DNA of 12,900 bases from a virus. The notes under the pieces are model-generated. The model was not told the DNA's origin. It saw only the letters and a list, made by a program, of their open reading frames with translations, and made no database searches. Each line of letters starts with the position of its first letter. The first letter of the stretch is position 1. Position numbers and translations under genes: made by a program. Shown here piece after piece: positions 1 to 7,047 of the stretch. The stretch lies in UHGV virus genome UHGV-0200016, one strand, 5' to 3'.

Positions 1-852
1 GTTTTCAAATTGTTCCGGACTGAGGCCGCCACACCAACTGTGCCGCCGCCACCGATTGTAATCACATTCGATATAATTAAACACCGTTGCCCGCATTATT
101 TCCCGGCTGATAAAGTGTTCTCCATGGATACATTCCACTTTCAGCGAATGAAAGAAGCTTTCCACGCAGGCATTATCGTAGCAGCAACCTTTTGCGCTCA
201 TACTTCCACGCAGATTATGCCGCTTCAGTTGCGCCTGATAATCTGCTGAACAGTACTGGCCTCCACGGTCCGTGTGAACGATAACGTTCCGGGGCCTCTT
301 ACGCCGCCACAGCGCCATCTGCAGGGCATCGCAGGCCAGTTGCGCCGTCATGCGTGGCGACATTGACCAGCCAATAACGGCACGTGACCACAGGTCAATG
401 ACCACTGCCAGATACAGCCAGCCTTCATCTGTACGTAAGTACGTGATGTCTCCTGCCCACTTCTGGTTCGGGCCACTGGCGTAAAAATCCTGCTCCAACA
501 GATTTTCTGACACAGGCAGGCCGTGTGCGCGGTAGCTGACCGGGCTGAACTTCCGGGAGGCCTTTGCCCTCAGTCCCTGACGGCGCAGGCTTGCCGCCAC
601 GGTTTTTACGTTAAAGGGGTAACCCTGAGCACGCAGTTCATCCGTCAGGCGTGGGGCACCGTAACGCTGTTTTGACCGGGTAAAAGCCGCGAGGACAACG
701 CTGTCGCAGTGTTGGCGGAACTGCTGACGCGTGCTTATCCTTGTCCGCCGCTGACACCACGTATACCAGCCGCTGCGGGCCACCCGGAGCACGCGGCACA
801 TTGCTTTGATGCTGAACTCAGCCTGATGTTTTTCAATAAAGACATACTTCAT
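1..852 (-). CDS. insF: IS3 transposase OrfB (InsF), 3'-partial (last few codons and stop lie before position 1)
   Basis: Minus-strand translation from the ATG at 852-850 gives [22 protein letters not shown]... and runs to ...[10 protein letters not shown] at the window edge, matching IS3 InsF as I recall it. It overlaps the orfA stop as expected for the -1 frameshift arrangement. It is absent from the ORF track because no stop lies in the window. Confidence 0.9.
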
Positions 853-1148
853 TTCAGGCGCTTCGCGAAGTATGTCGCGGCCTTTTGGAGGATAGCCAGC
901 TCTTCATCCCGTTCTGCCAGCTGGCGTTTGAGACGTGCAATCTCGGTAGACATCTCCAGTTCACGTTCAGAAGACGTCTGCTGATTTTGCTGTTTACTGC
1001 GCCAGTTGTAGAGCTGTGATTCATACAGGCTGAGTTCACGGGCTGCGGCAGTAACACCGATGCGTTCAGCAAGCTTCAGGGCTTCACTGCGAAATTCAGG
1101 CGAATGCTGTTTACGGGGTTTTTTACTGGTTGATACTGTTTTTGTCAT
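849..1148 (-). CDS. insE: IS3 transposase OrfA (InsE), 99 aa
   Basis: ORF track 849..1157 (minus) gives [34 protein letters not shown]...[15 protein letters not shown]. The canonical protein begins at MTKTVS (ATG at 1148-1146); the track begins at an upstream GTG. HTH-type IS3-family OrfA. Confidence 0.9.
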
Positions 1149-1269
1149 GTGAGTCACCTCTGACTGAGAGTTTACTCACTTAGCCGCGTGTCCACTATTG
1201 CTGGGTAAGATCAGGATTCTATCGATGTGGTCAATGGAAGACGGTTACCAGAGATAGGGCTTATGCATA

Positions 1270-1296
1270 AAAAAATAAGCCCGTGTAAGGGAGATT
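1270..1296. other. attL core (P2 att core, 27 bp)
   Basis: Exact 27-mer AAAAAATAAGCCCGTGTAAGGGAGATT, identical to the copy at 11555-11581, lying 80 bp from the integrase stop. It matches the P2 att core as I recall it. Confidence 0.75.
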
Positions 1297-1375
1297 TAGG
1301 GTGTCACCAGTAGGGGCTTTCAACGGTACAATGCGGGTTTGAGCGGCATAAATTACCACTGAAAGCCCTTAAACG

Positions 1376-2389
1376 TTACTCTACTGTGGACACTGTGTGG
1401 ACACTCTCGACCTCAGTACCACCTCTTAGCGGATTAAGAGAAATGGCGTCCTGAAGGTACTCTGGCGCAAAATGAGCGTAAACCATAGTTTGCTCAATCC
1501 GCGTGTGACCTAGTATCCGTTGTAGCGTGATAATACTTCCTCCATTAATCATGAAATGAGTGGCAAAGCTGTGCCTTAGTGCATGTGTAGCTTGCCCCAT
1601 TGGCAAATCCGGTTTTATTGCTTTCATTGTTCGTCTGAAGCGAGGGTAATCAGCATCAGGGAATAAAAAACCTCGTTTGTTATCCGCGATCATTTTGGCA
1701 ACAGCCTCTGAGATCGGGACGGTGCGTGGTTTGTTTGTTTTCGTTTTAACAAACGTGACGCGGTTATGGATGATATTTTCTGCTTTCAAACGAGCTGCTT
1801 CTCCCCAACGTGCTCCAGTACTCAGGCAAAGAATCGCAATCTTTTTGTTGTCGCCGTCAAGAGCAGCAAGCAGTAAGGCAATTTCTTCCTGCGTGAGATA
1901 GCCTGTGTCTGGTTTTTCCTCCTTAAGCCTTTTTGTCCCTCTGATAGGGTGCTCACCAAAGAATAACTCCGCTTCAATCAGGGCTGTAAACATGCCGCTA
2001 ATACATGTTAAATCACGATTGATACTCGAAGGTTTAATACCCTGACTTCTTCGGGTGGCGCAGTACTGGCTGATAAGCGATTTCGTAATTTGAAATGCGC
2101 ATGGGTCATTCGTTATTTTTGTGAAGATTTCAATTTTCCCAAGATTAGATTTCCCATGCTCTTCGTGTTTACCCTTTAAATCCCACCAGATCTGTGTCAG
2201 CTCCGACAGACGTCGCTTGTCTGTTGGTTTTGATAGCCATTCTTTATTGTGGTGGTTGTACAACGTGTATTTCTCGAAAGCGACAGCTTCGCTTTTCTTA
2301 TCAAACTTCCTACGGATGCGTTTTCCATTACGTCCAGTAGGGCGGATGTCCACTTCATATCGACCATCATCGAGTTTTTTGATTGCCAT
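1376..2389 (-). CDS. int: P2-type tyrosine integrase, 337 aa
   Basis: ORF track 337 aa: MAIKKLDDGRYEVDIRPTGRNGKRIRRKFDKK ... HALRHSFATHFMINGGSIITLQRILGHTRIEQTMVYAHF. It carries the tyrosine-recombinase R..HxxR..Y box and is close to residue-for-residue my recollection of P2 Int. Confidence 0.95.
   Translation of the reverse strand: MAIKKLDDGRYEVDIRPTGRNGKRIRRKFDKKSEAVAFEKYTLYNHHNKEWLSKPTDKRRLSELTQIWWDLKGKHEEHGKSNLGKIEIFTKITNDPCAFQITKSLISQYCATRRSQGIKPSSINRDLTCISGMFTALIEAELFFGEHPIRGTKRLKEEKPDTGYLTQEEIALLLAALDGDNKKIAILCLSTGARWGEAARLKAENIIHNRVTFVKTKTNKPRTVPISEAVAKMIADNKRGFLFPDADYPRFRRTMKAIKPDLPMGQATHALRHSFATHFMINGGSIITLQRILGHTRIEQTMVYAHFAPEYLQDAISLNPLRGGTEVESVHTVSTVE
1385..1404. promoter_or_regulatory. 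Tandem TGTGGACAC direct repeats; probable Int arm-type binding sites (P arm), inside the 3' end of int
   Basis: tgtggacac at 1385-1393 and 1396-1404, 11 bp apart. A matching pair with the same spacing lies on the other arm at 11496-11514. P2 Int arm sites are, from memory, direct repeats of roughly this consensus. Confidence 0.5.
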
Positions 2390-2504
2390 CAGAAAACCCT
2401 CCGAGTGGTGTGTTTTTTTGCGACTACTAATCGCTTTTTTCGTGGTGGCTGAAATTTAGCCACCAATAGTAGGCACTTGTGATGAATATATTCACGATGA
2501 ATTG

Positions 2505-2804
2505 TTAACCAGTCTTTTGACCGGAGTGGGGCGACGTTGTTTCGTTTTGCCCAAAGTGTGCGAGAGCGGGCGCAATTTGCCCGGACTCAGGAGCGATCTG
2601 ATTGGTCATGAACCATAAAGTGTATTTGGTGAATTGTGGGGTCTGCAGGATGTTCATCATGACATCTGTTGGAGGTGTTGAACGACCACTTTCATAGTAA
2701 CTCAGCGTGCCATACGGAACCCCTGTTAAATCAGCAAGTTGTTGTCTGCTCAAATACTCTGATTTTCGCATTAAGACTATCTTCTCGCTTATCGTGTTTG
2801 ACAT
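2505..2804 (-). CDS. C: P2 immunity repressor C, 99 aa
   Basis: ORF track 99 aa: MSNTISEKIVLMRKSEYLSRQQLADLTGVPYGTLSYYESGRSTPPTDVMMNILQ... It has an HTH, sits between int and cox and is divergent from cox, as in P2. Confidence 0.9.
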   Translation of the reverse strand: MSNTISEKIVLMRKSEYLSRQQLADLTGVPYGTLSYYESGRSTPPTDVMMNILQTPQFTKYTLWFMTNQIAPESGQIAPALAHFGQNETTSPHSGQKTG

Positions 2805-2918
2805 GGTGTTTAGATCTCAATAGTATTTAGTTTAGATGTAGATTGTTTAGTGCTTGGATGTGGGCACTAAAAGGCATTATAAGACATTAAACGCAATTCA
2901 TGAGGGCTAGAGGACGAC
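2805..2918. promoter_or_regulatory. P2 Pc/Pe divergent promoter and operator (lysogeny/lysis switch) region
   Basis: A 114-bp AT-rich intergenic region between divergent C and cox start codons, containing reiterated TTTAG elements (tatttagtttagatgtagattgtttagtg, 2823-2852). Exact operator boundaries not determined. Confidence 0.5.
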
Positions 2919-3527
2919 ATGAGCAAGCAAGTAACACTCATGACTGATGCGATTCCTTATCAGGAGTTCGCAAAACTAATAGGAAAATCGACAGGAGCGG
3001 TTCTCGGCGCGCGTCATATTCATATCACCAGAACGACGGACTGGCGCATTGTTCCGAAAGTTCCGGTCGTGGAGCCTTTAACTTTAAAAAGCGGCATCGC
3101 CGCGCCTCGGAGTCCTGTCAATAACTGTGGAAAGCTCACCGGTGGTGATACTTCGTTACCGGCTCACACACCTTCTGAGCACGCCGCAGCAGTGCTTAAT
3201 CTGGTTGATGACGGTGTTATTGAATGGAATGAACCGGAGGTCGTGAGGGCGCTCAGGGGGGCATTAAAACACGACCTGAGAACACCAAACCGTCAGCAAA
3301 GAAACGGAAGCCCGTTAAAACCACATGAAATTGCACCATCGGCCAGACTGACCCGGTCGGAAAGAATGCAAATTACCCGTATCCGCGTTGACCTTGCTCA
3401 GAACGGTATCAGGCCGCAGCGATGGGAGCTTGAGGCGCTGGCGCGTGGCGCGACCGTAAATTATTACGGGAAATCTTTCAATTATCAGGTCGCTGATGAG
3501 TGGCCTGGATTTTTGTTACCCATTTGA
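2919..3527 (+). CDS. cox N-terminus (about 28 codons) fused in frame to an unrelated 174-codon reading frame, possibly the 3' part of an early/replication gene; probable deletion product
   Basis: ORF track 202 aa. The first 28 residues, MSKQVTLMTDAIPYQEFAKLIGKSTGAV, match P2 Cox (a 91-aa protein). From about nt 3003 the sequence departs completely (LGARHIHITRTTDW...) and continues to 3527. SD agagga lies upstream of the ATG. Confidence 0.6.
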   Translation: MSKQVTLMTDAIPYQEFAKLIGKSTGAVLGARHIHITRTTDWRIVPKVPVVEPLTLKSGIAAPRSPVNNCGKLTGGDTSLPAHTPSEHAAAVLNLVDDGVIEWNEPEVVRALRGALKHDLRTPNRQQRNGSPLKPHEIAPSARLTRSERMQITRIRVDLAQNGIRPQRWELEALARGATVNYYGKSFNYQVADEWPGFLLPI

Positions 3528-3786
3528 GTAAAAATGCAGCGTGATTTTATATGCCTTTGAATGGATTATGCGAAGCGCCTCTAAGGCAGATGAGGAGCAA
3601 TAGCATGCTGAAGTAGAAGGCTAAATTGTATTGAATCGCTAGCATGTAATTTAAAGCAGCTATTTGATTCGAGTCATAAAAGAGCATCTATTTCGGCTAA
3701 TAAAACCATTGCGAGTGACCTTTTGTCGAAGCATAATTCATCTCGAGCGAAGTCTTGCTAGTCTTTCATCGGAATGATGACAGGCG

Positions 3787-3817
3787 CAAAAAAACCACCC
3801 TGGCAGGTGGTTTTTTT
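3787..3817. terminator. Bidirectional rho-independent terminator
   Basis: aaaaaaaccaccctggcaggtggttttttt: a GC-rich hairpin (ccaccctg/caggtgg) flanked by an A-run on the 5' side and a T-run on the 3' side, so it is terminator-like on both strands. Confidence 0.6.
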
Positions 3818-3829
3818 GTTTGAAGCATA

Positions 3830-3943
3830 CTAAAGAATAATACTTACATGGATATTACTGACGTTTACTGACAAACCACTTGGACTACCATATGGATAGC
3901 CAAAGAGGGCCAGAACGAGAATGCAGTAATAGCACTTCTTCAT
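3830..3943 (-). CDS. Hypothetical small hydrophobic protein, 37 aa (below ORF-track cutoff)
   Basis: Minus-strand ATG at 3943 preceded by a strong SD (caggaggagat-ATG). Translation is MKKCYYCILVLALFGYPYGSPSGLSVNVSNIHVSIIL, with stop at 3832-3830 immediately followed by the terminator at 3787-3817. Coding status is unproven. Confidence 0.3.
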   Translation of the reverse strand: MKKCYYCILVLALFGYPYGSPSGLSVNVSNIHVSIIL

Positions 3944-4518
3944 ATCTCCTCCTGTAAGCAGAGGGCAATTTCCGCCGATATATGCGCTTCTAAGGCGGAG
4001 TTACTATTTAGCGAAGTCTTGCCCTGAAATAATGCTCTGTTTAAACGCAAAGTGATCTGGCATATCACCGAACAGAGAGCCTGAACAACACAACATATAG
4101 TATGTCGTTGTTTCTGGTTGCATTTTATGTTGTGTAATCCTGGTTTTGCATCAAGGATGTTTGAGCTTTTTTTGATATAGCTCAAAGTAAAAAGCAGAGA
4201 CTACGGATGATAAGGTATTGAAAGCAATGTAAATTTTTTAAAGTTATTGGCGGCTAAAAAATGCACGGTTTCAATATGGTGGACTTAAATAAGCAATTAA
4301 AAAAGTCATAAATATCACTAAAATCATGGTGTTACGTTTTTTTTGTGGGAGCTGCGGTGACGCTTAAGTTGATTTGTCATTAAATAAGCCGTGCATGCAA
4401 CAAGTGAATGTTTTTGCATGCGTCGGGGATGCCCGTTCCGGCTGCTTGCGGTCAGAGCTGGTGCGGATCCATAGTATCTATGCAACTGCATTAAAACCGC
4501 CACATGAAGCGGGCGGGC

Positions 4519-4537
4519 GAGGCGGGGAAAGCACTGC
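4519..4537. other. P2-type cos site (19-nt cohesive-end sequence)
   Basis: ggcgaggcggggaaagcac matches the P2/186 cohesive-end sequence as I recall it. It sits in a GC-rich island of about 165 bp (roughly 4380-4545) between AT-rich segments. Confidence 0.6.
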
Positions 4538-4694
4538 GCGCAAAATGTTCTTGAAATATTTGTGACATAAGCTAAGACACAAAATGATTGAAGGGCAGAG
4601 CAAATCCTACAGTCCTATGCTATTGTCTCATGTAATGCAGATAAGTTGAAAATTATCTTAAAATATAAGAGTAAAGACATTAAAAGGATTGGTT

Positions 4695-6956
4695 ATGAAT
4701 AATAACTCTAAGTTATTAAGCTCTATCTCGGTTGAATCTGATTTCGAGAACCTTATAAAACTATATGCAAATGAGTTATTTGGTGGTGAAACATATCTGA
4801 TCGGTGGTCCTTGGGATAATGGAAAGGATTTGGTAATAAAAAAGGGGAATAGAGAGTTAAAGCAAGCTGTACAAATATCTATTCAAGAGAAAAATATTGA
4901 AAGTAAGATTGCTCAAGATATTAAAAAAGTGGCGAAATTGGTTGATGATCATTATTACCCGCCTGTATTATATTTTTTTTGGAGTCATTCAATATCTGAG
5001 CATTTATTGGATAAGATAAGAACAAATGCTCTTAAGGAAGATTTGATTAGATTGGAGTTTTATGATGCCAAACGGATCTCTCAAGATATTACAGATAAAT
5101 ACCCAGGGTTATTGAATTACTTAATAAAAGATATACATAAGATAAGTTCTAATACTGAAGATGCAATTAACTTGCAACAAAGAGCATTTTATGAATATTT
5201 ATTGTTAAGCAAAGATAGTGCTAATTTAAAAAATGAAATAATAAAAGCTAGTATTATGTCTAATTTATATGATGGCGGGAAGTCTGCTGATGATATTCTA
5301 GAGAATCTAAAAGGTGTTAGTCTTACAAAACGTAGTTTACAGGGTAGACTGCAAAACCTAATTCATCAAAATAAAATTAGATTGAATGATGGTATATATA
5401 GCCTGTCACCAGAGGAAATTAAAAAGCTTGAGAATATAAATCTCCGTGAAATTGTCAGAAAAGAAGAGTTGTTATCAGTAATAAATAATGAGTTGCCCAG
5501 AAATACAAGTAAGAATCTGGCTGTTCAAGTTGTTGATTTAATAATAAAGGCTTATGAAGAATCAATAAATGTCCAATTAACAGAAAGTAAATTTGAGCCT
5601 CCAAAATTACAGATATTCAAAACTATAGTACATAATTTAAAGGTGTTGATACGGCAGGAATATGATTTGGATGATGAGTCTTCGGATGCTTTAGCAAAAA
5701 AGCTAATGGAGTTGGCTGGTCAAAATGACTATTTATCCGAGCATTGCTCTGCTAAATTATGTGTGAATCTTTTAAGTGATCGGAAATTAGAGAAATATAT
5801 TGAAAATAAAAATTTTTATATCTACTTTGATGCGCCTGTTCTTATTCCATATTTGATAACTCTTATGTTTGGAGATTTTGAGCTTTTTGATAAGTCGATT
5901 AAAAATATAAATTTACTGAGAGAGTGCATAAATCCCCTCAAAAATAAACATCTGAGAGTTTCTAATGAACATTTTGAAGAAACTGCAAGGCACTACTCTG
6001 AAGCTGAAAAATTAAGTCAGTTTGTAACTGAAGATTTAATTAGTCAACTTGGTGAGTCGAAAAATGTATACTTTAATGTTTATATGCGGTGGAAAAACAA
6101 ACAGCCTAAACGTACAGATTTTTACGATTTTACTTATGCTTTTCTAGGGTTGGATAAAGATGATATTTATGCGGGGTATAAGCATGACACATTTGCGCAA
6201 TGCATTCATAATTTACTAGCGTCAGCAAATATTGTTGTAATTGATAATAAAGACTCGGTGTCACAAGACTTTGTATTTAAAATAAAGCAAAAACTTAAAA
6301 GGGATTTGAATTCTTCACGTCCCGTTCGAGCCATAGAAAATGATGTTATATGTGCTGCAACTTTGAGTGATGAAACCCTACATCTTGATTCCAATGGTTA
6401 CTTCAGTACTCCCATGCTAATAACGCTTGATAGATCTCAATATCTATTGAGAAGCATAGTAAGAAATGAAAGGAGACATGCTGAATGGTTGGTTTATACC
6501 CCTCAAAGAGCAATTGAACGTCTTTCCTTGGTGGGTTTAAAAATATCATCGGAATCGTTAAAGGATGGTGTTTTAGCAACCATATCAGAAGAATATTTCT
6601 TTAAAGAAAGTTCCAGTAGTTTGATTGATACTTTGGCTATTATCATTGGAGATAATCAAGCAAGGCAAGGAGATGTTATTAGGCTTGCATCGCTTTTAAA
6701 AAGAAAGGTCAATGAGGAATCTATTGAGAATTCAGAAATTGATATTGAACACTATAATAACATTAGTTATGTGCTTCTTTTCATTCATCGTGAATTTAAA
6801 TCTGAATTTTCAAATATAATAAAAATTTTTGCTGAGGATAGTAGGCGAGATAAACTGGTTGAAGTTTTGTTATCCACTATTCAAGGAGTTTTTGATGAGA
6901 GTAAAAAGGAAATCTTGCGCTCAAATATAGGACGGTTGTTGGCTGAAATGGGATGA
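4695..6956 (+). CDS. Hypothetical protein of about 753 aa with an N-terminal restriction-endonuclease-like (Mrr-type) motif; candidate anti-phage defence protein
   Basis: ORF track 4689..6956 (755 aa from a TTG). I prefer the ATG at 4695, which has SD aagga 6 nt upstream. The gene is strongly AT-rich and Lys/Asn/Ile-rich, unlike the flanking P2 genes. Residues about 25-100 (FENLIKLYANELFGGETYLIGGPWDNGKDLVIKKGNRELKQAVQIS...PVLYFFWSHSIS) resemble the Mrr catalytic-core pattern. A hairpin terminator follows at 6973-7005. Confidence 0.85.
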   Translation: MNNNSKLLSSISVESDFENLIKLYANELFGGETYLIGGPWDNGKDLVIKKGNRELKQAVQISIQEKNIESKIAQDIKKVAKLVDDHYYPPVLYFFWSHSISEHLLDKIRTNALKEDLIRLEFYDAKRISQDITDKYPGLLNYLIKDIHKISSNTEDAINLQQRAFYEYLLLSKDSANLKNEIIKASIMSNLYDGGKSADDILENLKGVSLTKRSLQGRLQNLIHQNKIRLNDGIYSLSPEEIKKLENINLREIVRKEELLSVINNELPRNTSKNLAVQVVDLIIKAYEESINVQLTESKFEPPKLQIFKTIVHNLKVLIRQEYDLDDESSDALAKKLMELAGQNDYLSEHCSAKLCVNLLSDRKLEKYIENKNFYIYFDAPVLIPYLITLMFGDFELFDKSIKNINLLRECINPLKNKHLRVSNEHFEETARHYSEAEKLSQFVTEDLISQLGESKNVYFNVYMRWKNKQPKRTDFYDFTYAFLGLDKDDIYAGYKHDTFAQCIHNLLASANIVVIDNKDSVSQDFVFKIKQKLKRDLNSSRPVRAIENDVICAATLSDETLHLDSNGYFSTPMLITLDRSQYLLRSIVRNERRHAEWLVYTPQRAIERLSLVGLKISSESLKDGVLATISEEYFFKESSSSLIDTLAIIIGDNQARQGDVIRLASLLKRKVNEESIENSEIDIEHYNNISYVLLFIHREFKSEFSNIIKIFAEDSRRDKLVEVLLSTIQGVFDESKKEILRSNIGRLLAEMG

Positions 6957-6972
6957 TTTCTTGGTTATTGAA

Positions 6973-7005
6973 CGGCACTATGGTCGTTGCTTATAGTGCC
7001 GTTTT
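6973..7005 (+). terminator. Rho-independent terminator downstream of the AT-rich gene
   Basis: cggcactat-ggtcgttgctt-atagtgccg followed by tttt: a 9-bp stem with an 11-nt loop, 17 bp after the stop codon. Confidence 0.55.
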
Positions 7006-7047
7006 AAGGTGTCGTGCCATTATGAATGGCATATCCGAGTTTATATA

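Larger units (their letters stand above)
1..1213 (-). mobile_element. IS3 insertion sequence, partial (outer end beyond window start); inner end at 1213
   Basis: The reverse complement of 1201-1213 reads TGATCTTACCCAG, matching my recollection of the IS3 terminal inverted repeat, and is followed by the insE and insF reading frames. IS3 is about 1.26 kb, so roughly 45 bp lie outside the window. Basis: recognised sequence, no search run. Confidence 0.9.

Noticed and set aside
10-984. Plus-strand ORFs 10..249 (79 aa) and 709..984 (91 aa)
   Set aside because: Both lie antisense to, or out of frame with, the well-supported IS3 insF/insE genes and have no RBS or recognisable protein character; treated as frame artefacts.
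1677-2459. Plus-strand ORFs 1677..1901, 2121..2459 and 2249..2452
   Set aside because: Antisense to the integrase coding region (the last two run into the int-C spacer), with low-complexity translations; artefacts.
3940-4185. Minus-strand 81-aa ORF in the AT-rich spacer
   Set aside because: It would need a TTG start with no Shine-Dalgarno, and the translation is low-complexity and not protein-like. The SD for the 37-aa ORF sits inside its 3' end. Probably non-coding; kept only as context for the small-ORF finding.
4374-4565. Plus-strand 63-aa ORF spanning the cos site
   Set aside because: It covers the conserved cos and right-end packaging sequence, has no RBS, and its Gly/Arg-rich translation reflects the GC-rich cos core; I judge it non-coding.
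4646-4674. Sigma-70 promoter for the AT-rich gene (TTGAAA at 4646-4651)
   Set aside because: A good -35-like hexamer is present, but I could not pair it with a convincing -10 at 16-18 bp spacing in this AT-rich stretch, so no promoter is annotated; expression signals need experimental mapping.
6206-6394. Minus-strand 62-aa ORF inside the AT-rich gene
   Set aside because: Fully embedded antisense in a long, well-formed ORF; no independent signals.
7012-7031. Inverted repeat tgccatt-atg-aatggca just downstream of the Q stop as a Q terminator
   Set aside because: It is a clean hairpin, but it lacks a T-run on the minus strand in the direction of Q transcription; too weak to call a terminator.
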